A DNA stretch of 64,000 nucleotides, taken from NCBI GenBank assembly GCA_963835575.1, contig CAWIGG010000004.1, forward strand, positions 704,001-768,000, given 5' to 3'. Positions within the stretch are counted from its first letter, which is position 1. Every line of letters starts with the position of its first letter. Positions 48,207 through 59,219 of the stretch are shown piece by piece. The position numbers and the translations under genes are program-made. Under the pieces are notes generated by a model that worked only from the letters and a program-made list of their open reading frames with translations, was not told the DNA's origin and did no database searches. The stretch is from an uncultured Spirochaetota bacterium (GTDB lineage Bacteria; Spirochaetota; Brevinematia; Brevinematales; JAOACQ01).

Positions 48207-49223
48207 TTACTTCCCTATTTGAATATTTTCCTTGTTAAGAGAATTATTTGAATTATTTTCTCCGGTTATTCTGTAAATTAAGACTCCCGCGGAATCTTTT
48301 TTCAAAAACTTCAAATTTTCAAGAGGGAATTTCTTTTGATGATGATTTTCATCCAGAACATAGACTTCTTTTTTTATCAGATTATGAGAAGCGACGGAAT
48401 AATTTTTTATTCCATCCATAACGATGGAGCCGATTTCCGGATATTCTTTCTTTTCCTCATAGTAAAACTGGGCCTCATAAGAAAGACAGCACATCAGCCT
48501 TCCGCATGCGCCTGTCAGCTTGCTTGAATTAACGACAAACCCCTGGTCTTTGGCCATTTTGAGGTAGATGGAATTAATATGGCAATTGGAGCGCAGGCAG
48601 CAGTTAACGATGCCGCAGACGCCGTAGCCGCCGAGTATTTTAGCGGCGTCCCTTACGCCGATCTGCCGCATTTCTATTCTTGTTTTAAATATACTGGCCA
48701 GCTTTTTTACCAGCTGACGGAAATCAATCCGGTTATCCGCCGTAAAATTAAAAATTATTTTCTTTTTCTGATAGAGGAAATGGACATTGATCAGCTTCAT
48801 TTCCAATTTTAAGTCGCAGATTTCCTTTTTTGCGGAACAAAAAGCTTTTTTTTCTTCCTCGCGGTAGGCCTGCCATGTTTTTAATTCTTCATCTGAGACT
48901 TCTTTGATAATATGAAAATTTTCAATTTGCAGATGATCAATTTCTACCGGGATATGCTCATCTTTAGTTTCCAGGATGGAAGTATCATCTATCTCAATAT
49001 CTTCAATATCGGTTTCATTATTATGTTCCTGGACAGGCTTTTTAATCAGAAACCGCTCCTGCGGGATTTCTTTTATAATGGAAGTGGCAATACCGATATC
49101 CTCGCCGAATTTTGTATTGATAAGATAGTGTTTATCAAGTGTTACAGCTATTCCTTCCGGTGTAACATAGGGAAGGACCATGTTGTCGAAATATGTCTTT
49201 ATATACGCCGCTCTATATATCAT
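48207..49223 (-). CDS. PSP1-domain protein (RicT/YaaT-like)
   Basis: FTADNRIDFRQLVKKLASIFKTRIEMRQIGVRD, GVCG..CC, KLTGACGRLMCCLSYE; start ATG 49223 after GGAGA. Confidence 0.9.
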   Translation of the reverse strand: MIYRAAYIKTYFDNMVLPYVTPEGIAVTLDKHYLINTKFGEDIGIATSIIKEIPQERFLIKKPVQEHNNETDIEDIEIDDTSILETKDEHIPVEIDHLQIENFHIIKEVSDEELKTWQAYREEEKKAFCSAKKEICDLKLEMKLINVHFLYQKKKIIFNFTADNRIDFRQLVKKLASIFKTRIEMRQIGVRDAAKILGGYGVCGIVNCCLRSNCHINSIYLKMAKDQGFVVNSSKLTGACGRLMCCLSYEAQFYYEEKKEYPEIGSIVMDGIKNYSVASHNLIKKEVYVLDENHHQKKFPLENLKFLKKDSAGVLIYRITGENNSNNSLNKENIQIGK

Positions 49224-49331
49224 AATAAAATCTTCTCCTATAGATAATAAACTAATTACCCTTGTCCGATTCAATCCGGCGGAAGGAATAATAAAAACAA
49301 TTGACATTAATAAGACTTTTTTATTATTTAT

Positions 49332-51097
49332 GGCCCTGCTGAAAAAATTCAAACACAAGCATAGGGGATATTCCGGCAAATTTTCAACCGCACAAGGAAA
49401 AAGATTAAGAAATCAAAGGCCATGTCGGCGGCAGCCTTCGATTTATCAGCCAAATAGCCCCGATATCTCTTGAAATTAATCCCGATTCCCCTTAAAAGCA
49501 TGCGGGTTTTGACTTTTACCAGACCACGGAACAAAATCCTGCCGCTCAAATACTTTGGTTTCAATAAACTCATCAATCCTTCTACGGCAGGGCGTAGTCC
49601 CATCAGAAATTTTCCTGCATCCATACATATCAATTCCAAAAATTCATCCATCCATTCCCTTTTGGCGTCTATTACCAGCCGACTTTGCTTCTTGCCGACA
49701 CAGGCCAGACAATTTTCTTTCTTATCGCAGGCGGCACATTTTTTTACATCAAAATTCAATACCACGGAACCATCTTCATTTTCAATAATGCTATTCGGGA
49801 TTTCTCCCGCCGGACACATCCCATATTTGCCGGTTTTTGGGTCTGTATACTCAGAAAGTTTCGCTTTGTTTTTTATCCCTTCCAGATCGACGCCGCGTAT
49901 CGCGCTCATTACCAGTTGAACGTCTTCGCCGCTCTCATTCCGAAGGTCTTCAGAATTATAACCGCCATCGCTTATCGCTGTTTCAATATTCGTTTCCTTT
50001 TTTAAATTAGATAGTTGCCTGCGGAATAAATCCCCATCGTCAGCATTATTTGATGCGGTTTCTATGCTGGTAATCACCTGCATCGGATTTTGAGGGTCAC
50101 AGGTTTCAACCGCGTTCACCTTATACCCGACATACTGTTTTCCCCGCTTCTCCCGGTAGGTCGCGTCTTCGTCCACCGGCGACTGCATCGATGAGGCTTT
50201 GATTTCCCGCGGCAGCTTCAGCGTCACCTTGCCTTCTTTTTCTATCCGGCATTGTTCCCGCAAAAGTCTCATTGCCTGCCGGAAACTCTTTTGTTTCCTG
50301 ACTTTATTGTGAAACACGTTCTCTGTAATCAGCCCGAATATTTCCTCGCCAATTTCCACCGTTTTCGATTCGTAATTCTCCTTTTTCAGTCGATAACTGA
50401 ATCCGTCCTCATTTTGTTTTAGAAAATCCTTACATCTTTCACTTAAGGAAAATCCAGCATTGGAAACATCTTCCGCCATATTGGACAACACTTTATGAAA
50501 CAGCATAACCCGATTCAGCCGCTTGATATTGGCCCCAATCATTACAGAATCTGTCCTCTGCAGTCCGGTTTTGATCCCGACCTCTCCAATTAAAAGATCC
50601 CGAAACTCATCAAATATAACGTCAAAAAGCCCGTCCTGATTCTCCGCCACAGCGGCACGAAAATAGTATAACGTCCTGATCGACATCTGCTGCGCGTTGA
50701 TGTCTTCCAATCCCAGCGCGTATCGAAACGATAAATCATATCGATACCGCTCAAACAACTGTTCATCGGTCAGAGAGAATAGCTCTTTCATGATTTCCAG
50801 CCCGGCTAATATGTTGACCGGGAAATTACTCCTACCAAGTTTTGGGTCATATAGTGGAGCAAACTTCCGCTCATTTATTTTTGAGAAAACTTTCTGGTAA
50901 AAAAGCCCGGCCCAGCTTTCATTTAAACTTTCTCTCATTTCCTGGTTCATTTCATATCTTACCGGATATAAATCCTGTTCTATATGTCTCTGATTCAGCT
51001 TGAACATTTTGACCTCTCTCTGATTCATGTGCATATATTATAACGAGTTATGCAACTTTTGTACATGAATCGGTAGGATTGTTTTTGCAGTAGGGCC
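49332..51097 (-). mobile_element. Insertion sequence, IS1182/IS5-like DDE family
   Basis: IRs GGCCCTGCTGAAAAAA / TTTTTGCAGTAGGGCC; 6-bp TSD ATTTAT (49326-49331, 51098-51103). Confidence 0.88.
49349..51034 (-). CDS. DDE transposase (DUF772-type N-terminus, C-terminal zinc-binding insert)
   Basis: GRSNFP...LTDEQL...FRYALGL, RTDS, QSPVDEDAT, GYK, SDGGY, CPAG...CAAC...C, RPAVEG. Confidence 0.9.
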   Translation of the reverse strand: MHMNQREVKMFKLNQRHIEQDLYPVRYEMNQEMRESLNESWAGLFYQKVFSKINERKFAPLYDPKLGRSNFPVNILAGLEIMKELFSLTDEQLFERYRYDLSFRYALGLEDINAQQMSIRTLYYFRAAVAENQDGLFDVIFDEFRDLLIGEVGIKTGLQRTDSVMIGANIKRLNRVMLFHKVLSNMAEDVSNAGFSLSERCKDFLKQNEDGFSYRLKKENYESKTVEIGEEIFGLITENVFHNKVRKQKSFRQAMRLLREQCRIEKEGKVTLKLPREIKASSMQSPVDEDATYREKRGKQYVGYKVNAVETCDPQNPMQVITSIETASNNADDGDLFRRQLSNLKKETNIETAISDGGYNSEDLRNESGEDVQLVMSAIRGVDLEGIKNKAKLSEYTDPKTGKYGMCPAGEIPNSIIENEDGSVVLNFDVKKCAACDKKENCLACVGKKQSRLVIDAKREWMDEFLELICMDAGKFLMGLRPAVEGLMSLLKPKYLSGRILFRGLVKVKTRMLLRGIGINFKRYRGYLADKSKAAADMAFDFLIFFLVRLKICRNIPYACV

Positions 51098-51280
51098 ATT
51101 TATTATATAACTAATTTTTAAACAGTTCAATTAATTATATGTTGAGAAACAGGGTTGTCAAGTGTTTGGTATAACTTAATAGCAGATGGGGAATTGTATT
51201 TTTCTTTCATTATTATTAAAATATAACTTTCTTTGTTTATAGAGGCAATTAACTATATCGCAGGCTTAAAAGGCTGGTAT

Positions 51281-52018
51281 ATGGATATTAACGTTTTAAA
51301 TATTTATAATGTTTTACTTGAAAAACATGGTTATCAGAACTGGTGGCCGATTGTCAAAGGAGATGAATGCTTATATCTGAATGAATACAGAGAAAGGGAA
51401 AGAACAGAGGAAGAAATCCTGGAAATCATGGTGGGCACCATACTCACCCAGAATACCTCATGGGAAAATGTTAAAAAAGCCCTGATTCAGATAAAAGAAA
51501 ATGGAATTCTTAATATTAATTCGCTGAATAAGATCAAATTACCGCAATTGGCGGCACTTATTAAGACTTCGGGGTATTATAACCAGAAGGCAAAAAAAAT
51601 TAAAACTTTGATGCAGTTCATTAACGGCTCTTTAAAAGGCAATTTATTGGAATTAAAGAAGTATTCTCTAATTGAAGCCAGAAAAATGCTTTTATCCATA
51701 TGGGGTATCGGTCAGGAAACAGCGGATTCCATACTTCTTTATGGGTTTTATTACCCGGTTTTTGTCGTGGATGCTTATACTAAAAGAATATTTTCCAGAA
51801 TAGGGTCTTTTGATGAAAAAAGCTCTTATAATGCAGTACAGGAATATTTCCATAAAAATCTTCCTGCCGACCGTCTTATTTATCAGGAATACCATGCGCT
51901 ATTGGTAGAGGTGGGTAAACATGTCTGCAGAAAGAAGCGGAATTGCTTTATTTGCGGGCTTTCAGAGCTGTGCCGGACTGCAGGACAAAGTACAATTTCC
52001 GCACACAAATGCACTTAG
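51281..52018 (+). CDS. HhH-GPD endonuclease III-related DNA glycosylase
   Basis: ILTQNTSWENV, SGYYNQKA, IWGIGQETADSI, VVDAYT, C-terminal Cys cluster. Confidence 0.9.
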   Translation: MDINVLNIYNVLLEKHGYQNWWPIVKGDECLYLNEYRERERTEEEILEIMVGTILTQNTSWENVKKALIQIKENGILNINSLNKIKLPQLAALIKTSGYYNQKAKKIKTLMQFINGSLKGNLLELKKYSLIEARKMLLSIWGIGQETADSILLYGFYYPVFVVDAYTKRIFSRIGSFDEKSSYNAVQEYFHKNLPADRLIYQEYHALLVEVGKHVCRKKRNCFICGLSELCRTAGQSTISAHKCT

Positions 52019-52125
52019 TTATGCACATACTGCATTAGGCTGTTTTTCTTGAATTTTCTTGAGAATAGGTTATGATATTGTTGTTAAACTTTTGAGCATG
52101 TTAAATAAATAATGGGGAAGGAAAG

Positions 52126-53001
52126 GTGTTCTGCCGTTTGTGCGGAAGTGAAAATATCAGACAAAAGTATCAGATCAATAAATATAATCCGGAATTAGTT
52201 ATTTTTGAGTGTCAATCCTGCCGGTTCCTTTTTCAGGAACTGGATAAAAAAAAAGCTTATTCATTTTATGATCAGGGTTATTATGAAGGAAAAAACAACT
52301 ATTCATACATGGATGAAAGACAGGATGAGGAAGCCTGCCGGATTGTATGGAAAAAAAGATTTGAAAAATGGGAAAACTGGGATAAAACAAAAAGTCTTAA
52401 AAAGAATTATCTGGATGTCGGCTGTTCCTTCGGCGGTTTGATGAAGGCGGCGCAGGAAAAAGGATATAAAGCTTACGGCGTCGAAATCTCTGAATATTCC
52501 GGTGATTATGCGAAAAAGCGTTTCGGGAACAATGCCGTCCTGATCGGAAATATAGAAAATATTGCACTGCCGGAGGATTATTACTCAATTGTCAGCATGA
52601 TTGAGGTCATTGAGCATCTTTATGATCCCAAAAAGGCTGTACAGAATATTTATAATGCGATGAAAAATGGGGCTCTTTTGGTTGTGCAGACGGCGGATAT
52701 GGACGGTCTGCAGTCCAGGATTTATGGAAAAAAATATCATTATTACCTTCCCGGGCATCTTTCCTGCTTTTCCAGGGAAAATTTGACAAAGCTATTGCGT
52801 TCTGCCGGATTTTCGAGGATAAGGTTTTTCGGCGGTGTTGAGTTCGGGCTTCTTCCCAAATTGATGAAATCCGCGTATGGCTTTAAAAAATGGACGGATT
52901 ATCTGAAATGGTTTAAGATTTCCATGTATCATCTGATGAGCCGCATTGCGTGGGGAAGGATTCATTTAACCAGTTCTATGGTCATGACGGCGTGGAAATA
53001 A
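52126..53001 (+). CDS. Class I SAM-dependent methyltransferase with N-terminal CxxC motifs
   Basis: CRLCG...CQSC; YLDVGCSFG; EVIEHL. Confidence 0.88.
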   Translation: MFCRLCGSENIRQKYQINKYNPELVIFECQSCRFLFQELDKKKAYSFYDQGYYEGKNNYSYMDERQDEEACRIVWKKRFEKWENWDKTKSLKKNYLDVGCSFGGLMKAAQEKGYKAYGVEISEYSGDYAKKRFGNNAVLIGNIENIALPEDYYSIVSMIEVIEHLYDPKKAVQNIYNAMKNGALLVVQTADMDGLQSRIYGKKYHYYLPGHLSCFSRENLTKLLRSAGFSRIRFFGGVEFGLLPKLMKSAYGFKKWTDYLKWFKISMYHLMSRIAWGRIHLTSSMVMTAWK

Positions 53002-53010
53002 AGAGGAATT

Positions 53011-53826
53011 ATGGAAACAGTTAAAAGAGGAATAGGGTTTTTGTATATCTCGCTGATCATCCATTTTTATATATTGTTAATAATCGGCATTACTGCGGAT
53101 AAGAATTTTCTTGATATGCTTCTGCATCCCTTAAAATATCAGAACAAAGAATCCGAACTTGAAAATGTGATCGTTGAAACAGAGACGGAATCAAAGGAAA
53201 AACCGGAGAAAGGCAAACTATCCGATAAGGCTAATATTAACAAGGCCTATAAAACAGGTGAAGAGAAATACAATTATTTTAATCCGGTTTTATCGCCGAA
53301 TAAGAGTAAGCCGGTGCCTCCGCAAAATCCTGTTAATGAAAAGAATAAAAATGATGAAAATGGAAAAGACGCAATCAGTATTGAGGATGTGAATCATCAG
53401 AAGCTTGCGCCTGCCGAAGCCAGCGATAACCGCACGTCGTTTTTTGACCCGGACAAACCGTTTGATGTAACGATGAATAATCAGGGCGACATATCGCTTG
53501 CCACGATTCCCGAGGAATTTGCATCCTATTTTTTGAATGTTCAGAAAAAAGTCGGCGAGAGCTGGATGAATTTCTTTCCGGTTTTTCAGTATTATCAGGG
53601 TATCATAAAAAGCGGCGAGGTCATTGTCCGCTTCTGGATTGATGAGAAGGGGAACCCCGTTAATCCGACTCTTATGAAATCGTACGGCTACCAAATTCTG
53701 GACGAGGCATGCGTCAATGCCATTCTTTATGCCAGAAATTTCGGACCTCTTCCCCAGGCCCTCCGGAAGAATAAATATATCAGCATTGAATTCAAGTTTA
53801 TCTATATGACAAAAGAAAAGGATTAA
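53011..53826 (+). CDS. TonB/TolA C-terminal domain protein
   Basis: N-terminal TM with SLIIH; GEVIVRFWIDEKG...SYGYQILDEAC. Confidence 0.8.
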   Translation: METVKRGIGFLYISLIIHFYILLIIGITADKNFLDMLLHPLKYQNKESELENVIVETETESKEKPEKGKLSDKANINKAYKTGEEKYNYFNPVLSPNKSKPVPPQNPVNEKNKNDENGKDAISIEDVNHQKLAPAEASDNRTSFFDPDKPFDVTMNNQGDISLATIPEEFASYFLNVQKKVGESWMNFFPVFQYYQGIIKSGEVIVRFWIDEKGNPVNPTLMKSYGYQILDEACVNAILYARNFGPLPQALRKNKYISIEFKFIYMTKEKD

Positions 53827-53963
53827 CCCCCCGCGGAATTTGATTTTTTTCCCGATAAAATATAGAATACTCTTCTGTCTTTTCAAACAGCATGGACTTA
53901 TCCCGGCGTTCTATTTTCGAATAATGAACAGGTTTTTTAAAAAAACGACGAAAGGGGTTTTTT

Positions 53964-54899
53964 ATGATTACGGTCAAGGGGCTGAAAAAACACTATGGCG
54001 ATGTGAAAGCGGTGGATGGTATTGATTTTGAAATAAAAAAGGGTGAAATTGTAGGGCTTCTCGGCCCTAACGGCGCCGGAAAAACAACCACTCTCAGAAT
54101 GCTGACCGGTTATCTGACTCCAACCGCTGGAGATGTGACCATCGGTAAAAAGAATATATATGAAGGCATGACCGAAATTAAAAAGATTATCGGCTATCTG
54201 CCGGAATCCGCGCCGCTTTATTATGACATGGTCGCGTATGATTATTTAAAGTTTATCGCGCGCATTCAGGAAGTAAAAGAGGAAAAGATTGATACTAGAA
54301 TTGATTACGTTATTGATAAATGCGGATTGAATACTGTTATCGATAAAAAAATCGCCGAGCTTTCAAAAGGCTATAAGCAGAGGGTCGGCCTGGCCCATGC
54401 CATCATTCATGACCCGGAAATATTAATCCTGGATGAACCGACAAGCGGTCTTGACCCGAATCAGATCGTTGAAATCAGGGAGCTGATAAAAGAGCTCGGC
54501 CGTGAAAAAACGGTCATATTATCAACTCATATTTTGACCGAAGTTGAAGCTTCCTGCAGCAGGGTCATCATCATCAACAAGGGAAGTATCGTGGCGGATA
54601 GTTCGACAAAAAAATTGATGGCGGGCAGGAAAAGCTCCGACATCATTGTTATACAAATCAAAACTAAGGACACGAAAAAATCTATAATTGACCGTCTCAG
54701 TATTGACGGCATCAATAAAGTTGAGATCGGCGCTGATAGTAAAGGCGTAAAGGAAGTTTTAATTTACTCTGATTTTGGAAAAGACCCGAGAGAAGCTCTT
54801 TATCAGAAAATTAAAAAAAGCGATTGGACACTGCTGGAAATGAAAAAAGAAAAACAGACGCTGGAAAACATATTCCAGGATTTGACGAAGGAGGATTAA
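53964..54899 (+). CDS. ABC transporter ATP-binding protein (GldA-like)
   Basis: GPNGAGKTT, LSKGYKQRVGLA, LDEPT. Confidence 0.93.
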   Translation: MITVKGLKKHYGDVKAVDGIDFEIKKGEIVGLLGPNGAGKTTTLRMLTGYLTPTAGDVTIGKKNIYEGMTEIKKIIGYLPESAPLYYDMVAYDYLKFIARIQEVKEEKIDTRIDYVIDKCGLNTVIDKKIAELSKGYKQRVGLAHAIIHDPEILILDEPTSGLDPNQIVEIRELIKELGREKTVILSTHILTEVEASCSRVIIINKGSIVADSSTKKLMAGRKSSDIIVIQIKTKDTKKSIIDRLSIDGINKVEIGADSKGVKEVLIYSDFGKDPREALYQKIKKSDWTLLEMKKEKQTLENIFQDLTKED

Positions 54900-54900
54900 C

Positions 54901-55629
54901 ATGCAGGAAGGCATACTTAATTACAAAAAGATATGGATTTTATTTAAAAAGGAACTCCGGTTCTTTTTCTTTTCGCCTATTGCGTATATATTCATCTGTA
55001 TTTTTCTGGTACTTGTCGGATGGTTTTTCTTTTCCCGTTTCTTTCTCTATAATCAGGTGGAGATGAGAGGTTTTTTTGAGCTTCTTCCGATTTTTCTCGC
55101 TTTAATTATTCCAGCTATCACCATGGGACTTTTTTCCGAGGAGTTCAGCGTGGGTTCGTATGAAATGATCAGCACTACGTCCGTTACTTTGATGGATATC
55201 ATTCTGGGTAAGTTTCTGGCGGCCAGTACATTTATGCTGATAGCCCTGACGCCGACGCTGTTATACCCCATCAGCATTTCTTTTCTGGGGGAACTTGATA
55301 TCGGACCGGTCATTGGCGGGTATGTCGGTTCCGTGTTTTTAATCGGCGCCCTTACATCAATCGGAATATTCACTTCTTCCCTGACAAAGAACCAGATCGT
55401 TTCCCTTATTATCGCGCTGGCTATCTGCTTTTTCCTGTCTTTTATTCTGGGGTTTATGAAAAGCTTTGCCCCCGCCGCCATGGTCGGGATTATTGAATTT
55501 ATATCCGCTGATGCGCATTTTAATAATATAGCGAAAGGGGTCATTGACTGGCGTGATATTCTCTATTTTATATCAATCATTGTTATAGCGCTTTATTCAA
55601 CGAAGCTTGTGCTGGAACGCAGAAAGTAG
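54901..55629 (+). CDS. ABC-2 permease (GldF-like)
   Basis: KKELRFFFFSPIAY, PAITMGLFSEE, SSLTKNQIVS, GVIDWRDILYF. Confidence 0.9.
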   Translation: MQEGILNYKKIWILFKKELRFFFFSPIAYIFICIFLVLVGWFFFSRFFLYNQVEMRGFFELLPIFLALIIPAITMGLFSEEFSVGSYEMISTTSVTLMDIILGKFLAASTFMLIALTPTLLYPISISFLGELDIGPVIGGYVGSVFLIGALTSIGIFTSSLTKNQIVSLIIALAICFFLSFILGFMKSFAPAAMVGIIEFISADAHFNNIAKGVIDWRDILYFISIIVIALYSTKLVLERRK

Positions 55630-55651
55630 AAGCATTGAAGGAGAAATAAAT

Positions 55652-57757
55652 ATGAAAAGGAATTTACAGAAAAGCAGGATGGATCATCTGATCACATATC
55701 TGATTGTAATCGGCATCATTTTTTTATTGAATATTGTCTGTCTCCGGTTTTTTGTCAAGCTGGACCTGACGCGTGAGCAGGTATTTTCTCTTTCAAATCC
55801 CAGCAAAGCAATGATAAAAAAGCTGTCGGAGCCGATGACAGTCAAGGTCTTTTTTACTCCGGACCTTCCGGCGCCTTATAACAGCTATGAGCGGTATTTA
55901 AAGGATATTCTCGCTGAATATAAACTGAACAGCAGAAACAACAATTTCCGGTATGAGTTTGTCGACATGTCAAGGAATCCGGATGAACCTTCGGAATACG
56001 GCATATCTCCCGTTCAGATAAGGGTTGTGGATAAGGACCAGTTTCAGTCGAAAAAGGCTTTTGTCGGCATGGTATTTCTCCATGCGAATATGGTTGAAAG
56101 AATTCAGCAGATTACCACTGTGGATGGGCTGGAATACCGGATTACTTCCATAATACGGAAGATGATCAATAAAATTGACTGGCTGAGTGCCTTGAAAACA
56201 AATATACAGGTTGTCCTGATCGCTTCTTCTGATATTCCTCTTCAGGAAATCCCTCATTTGAATGATACAATCAAGGAAAAATTCGATTCTTTGAATTCAA
56301 AAATGATGGGCAAACTGGAATACCGTTATTATGATCCTGTCCGGGACAAGGAAGGGGAAGAATTGGCGAAAAAATACGGTTTTCAGAAAATATCCTGGAA
56401 GTCAATAGCGGACGAGCAGGGGAACTCGATACCATCCGGTTCCGGCTATGTTGGATTATTAATTAAATATGAAGACAAGTATAAAATAATAAATTTGCTG
56501 TCGGAAGGTTTACTTGGAAATTATTATCTTGAGAATCTTGACAGTCTTGAAGATACCATGCAGGGCGCTGTTGATAATTTGATCCGGGTGAACCCCAAAG
56601 TCGGCTATCTGTACGGCGACGGTGAACCGGAACCCTGGGATTATGGACGGGTAACAGGACAGGATAGCGGCGATGCGGTTTCCCGGTTTGCCGATTTTAT
56701 CAATCAGGATTATGAGTTTGAAACTGTTTCTTTAAAAGATGGAAAAATTCCCGATGATCTTTCGGCGCTTCTTATCGTTGAACCGCGGCTGCCTATGACA
56801 GAGTATGAGTTTTATCAGATAGATCAGTTTATCATGTCCGGAAAGCCTGTCGCTTTCTTTACCCCCGGCCTGTTCTATCCTCAGCCCGATGCTCAATCGA
56901 CGGGCGAGGTGCCTAAAGGATATAAATCTCTGGCAGGTATAGATAAACTTCTTGAGTATTACGGCATTAGAATTAATGATAACCTTATTCTTGACAAAGT
57001 TTCATATAAACAGCAAATGTCTCAGGATATGGGCGGAGGGGAATTGGCGATTCATTTTGCACCGATTATTGAACAGGAAAATATTTCTAAGAACAATATC
57101 ATTACAAAAAAGATCAAGGGAATGCTGGTTGTAAAAGCTTCATCTTTGGATCCGGTGGAAGATACGATAAAAAGTAATAATTTAATTTTTACGCCGCTTA
57201 TTAAAACATCAAAAGAATCCTGGGAAGCCGGTCCGGGAGTTTCGCTCCACCCTTATTTTCTGCAGCCCTCAATCGACACGAAATATTCACAATATACTCT
57301 GGCCGCGACTCTTGAGGGACGCTTTAAAAGCTATTTTGAAGGAAAAGAGATTCCTTCGGCTCCGCCAAGCACAAATAATACAAAATTAAAAATTAAATCA
57401 AATGTTTTAAGAGAAAAAACAGCCGATTTTCTTCCTGTATCGGATCATGGAAGGATTATTGTTCTTTCAGTTGCCGAAATGTTAAAAAACACTATAATGG
57501 ACGAGGAAGGTATCAGTCCTAACGCTATTTTTTCCAGGAATGTTGTTGACTGGCTTGTGGGTGATTCCGATCTGATCCAGATCAGAAATAAAGGCCTTTC
57601 CTATAATCCGCCCAGAAAAACATCGGATTTGGTAAAAAATATAGTCCGCTGGTCGGATTTGATTATCGCGCCGCTTTTGGTCGTTTTATTGGGATTCTTA
57701 TTGTGGAATCTTGACAGCGCGAGAAGAAAGAAAATTAAAGCTCTCTTTAATAAATAA
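55652..57757 (+). CDS. GldG-family ABC auxiliary component
   Basis: KLDLTREQVFSLS, LEYRITSII, IDQFIMSGK, VDWLVGDSDLIQIRNK; N- and C-terminal TM segments. Confidence 0.88.
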   Translation: MKRNLQKSRMDHLITYLIVIGIIFLLNIVCLRFFVKLDLTREQVFSLSNPSKAMIKKLSEPMTVKVFFTPDLPAPYNSYERYLKDILAEYKLNSRNNNFRYEFVDMSRNPDEPSEYGISPVQIRVVDKDQFQSKKAFVGMVFLHANMVERIQQITTVDGLEYRITSIIRKMINKIDWLSALKTNIQVVLIASSDIPLQEIPHLNDTIKEKFDSLNSKMMGKLEYRYYDPVRDKEGEELAKKYGFQKISWKSIADEQGNSIPSGSGYVGLLIKYEDKYKIINLLSEGLLGNYYLENLDSLEDTMQGAVDNLIRVNPKVGYLYGDGEPEPWDYGRVTGQDSGDAVSRFADFINQDYEFETVSLKDGKIPDDLSALLIVEPRLPMTEYEFYQIDQFIMSGKPVAFFTPGLFYPQPDAQSTGEVPKGYKSLAGIDKLLEYYGIRINDNLILDKVSYKQQMSQDMGGGELAIHFAPIIEQENISKNNIITKKIKGMLVVKASSLDPVEDTIKSNNLIFTPLIKTSKESWEAGPGVSLHPYFLQPSIDTKYSQYTLAATLEGRFKSYFEGKEIPSAPPSTNNTKLKIKSNVLREKTADFLPVSDHGRIIVLSVAEMLKNTIMDEEGISPNAIFSRNVVDWLVGDSDLIQIRNKGLSYNPPRKTSDLVKNIVRWSDLIIAPLLVVLLGFLLWNLDSARRKKIKALFNK

Positions 57758-57773
57758 AAGCCGGGGAGGAATT

Positions 57774-58700
57774 ATGAAAGTCCAGAAAAAATATATTGTT
57801 TTATTATCCATTCTCGGAATATTAGCGCTGATCTGGATCTTTTCCAGCTTTTTTCAGGAAAGGGTTTATGATGTACCGAACTTAAAGCCTGTACAGAATG
57901 TGACAGAAATTGAGCTCAGAAGAGGAACGGGGACAAACAGCATTCTTATTCTGACCAATAATAAATGGATGCTGGAGCCCGGCGGTTATAACGCGGATCA
58001 AGAGGCAGCGGATGAGATGATAAAACATCTGAAGGATTTTGCCCTGACTGATCTGGTATCCCGCAGCGGTGTCCTTGTGAATTATGGGCTGGATGAATCA
58101 AACCGTATTGAAATCATTATTAACGACGGCGGCAAAACCGTTCTCCATTTTTTTATGGGCAAAGCGAGTGCGACAATGCGGCATACCTATGTGCAGATGC
58201 CTGGCGATAAAAATATTTACCAGGCAAAGGGAAACTTTGATTATGCCTTCAATAAAGACGCGGATTCCCTGAAATCAAGAGAGATATTAAAACTTTCTAA
58301 AGAAGATATTATAGAAGTTGAGATAAACGAAAAAGGCCGGAAATTTGTATTAAGCAGGATTGAAAACAAAGAAACTGATACGAAAACAAACATTTCCGTA
58401 AACAAAACCATTGAATGGAAATCTTCCTGGAAAAATCCTCCGGATACGGATAAAGTTGACGCTTTTCTGCAGAAATTAACGCCGCTCACAGCGGCCGGTC
58501 TGGCTTCCGGAAAATTAGATGAAGCGGCCCCATATTTAAGGCTTATCAGGATCAGGACAAAAGCAGAGGAACTGACCATTTATATCATTAATCAGGAAAA
58601 AGATAAAAACTATATAGTGGGCGTCAAAGGCAACCCGTCCCTGTTTAAAATATCCGAAGCGCAGGGTAAAGATTTACTAAAAAATATTAATGAGCTATAA
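57774..58700 (+). CDS. DUF4340-domain protein
   Basis: N-terminal TM; YGLD motif; usual fourth gene of GldAFG-type operons. Confidence 0.78.
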   Translation: MKVQKKYIVLLSILGILALIWIFSSFFQERVYDVPNLKPVQNVTEIELRRGTGTNSILILTNNKWMLEPGGYNADQEAADEMIKHLKDFALTDLVSRSGVLVNYGLDESNRIEIIINDGGKTVLHFFMGKASATMRHTYVQMPGDKNIYQAKGNFDYAFNKDADSLKSREILKLSKEDIIEVEINEKGRKFVLSRIENKETDTKTNISVNKTIEWKSSWKNPPDTDKVDAFLQKLTPLTAAGLASGKLDEAAPYLRLIRIRTKAEELTIYIINQEKDKNYIVGVKGNPSLFKISEAQGKDLLKNINEL

Positions 58701-58799
58701 TAATAAAATAATATTTTTTTAAACAAAAAGGGAATAATTTTATATTCCGTTTTCCTCTGTCGATATAATATATCATTCCGGATTTGAAAGGAGAAAACG

Positions 58800-59219
58800 G
58801 TGGAAAACGAGGAAAGAATTGCCCTTATCCGAAGGGGTAATGAGCTTTTTAATCAGGGCGATTTTAAGAATTCGCTTAAGATATTTTTAGCGACTAATTA
58901 TAAAGACGGGATCATCCGTGTCGCTGATGTTCTATATTTTGATAAAAAAGATAAATTTAACGCCATCAAGCTTTACAAGAAGGCCGGGCATCAGAAGGTT
59001 ATTGATGAGTTTGCCGAAAGAGCGGCCCAGCTGATCCAGCTTCTGCTTGCTGAAGATAAGATAGCCCATGAAATAGTAGAGGGCATTTCCGGATCGATTG
59101 TTAAAGAATGGAAACCGGTGGTCATATCCAGCGAGGATCTTGCCAATATCGGGAAAGGGGTAAGTAATGATCATTCTGGAGGGGAAACAGGTCGTAGCGG
59201 AGGAAAAAAAGAGGATTAA
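58800..59219 (+). CDS. Conserved hypothetical protein (spirochaete-type, TPR-like)
   Basis: RIALIRRGNELFNQG...IFLATNYKDGIIRVAD. Confidence 0.6.
   Translation: MENEERIALIRRGNELFNQGDFKNSLKIFLATNYKDGIIRVADVLYFDKKDKFNAIKLYKKAGHQKVIDEFAERAAQLIQLLLAEDKIAHEIVEGISGSIVKEWKPVVISSEDLANIGKGVSNDHSGGETGRSGGKKED

Noticed and set aside
49224..49379. N-terminal extension of the PSP1 ORF in the ORF track
   Set aside because: It starts inside the IS end; the RBS-supported start is 49223
52001..52036. Repeated TGCAC/GCAC motif at the end of the endonuclease III-like gene
   Set aside because: Too short and irregular to distinguish from chance
53964..58700. GldAFG-like operon as evidence of gliding motility
   Set aside because: This ABC module with DUF4340 is widespread in non-gliding bacteria, and no gld/spr motor genes are present
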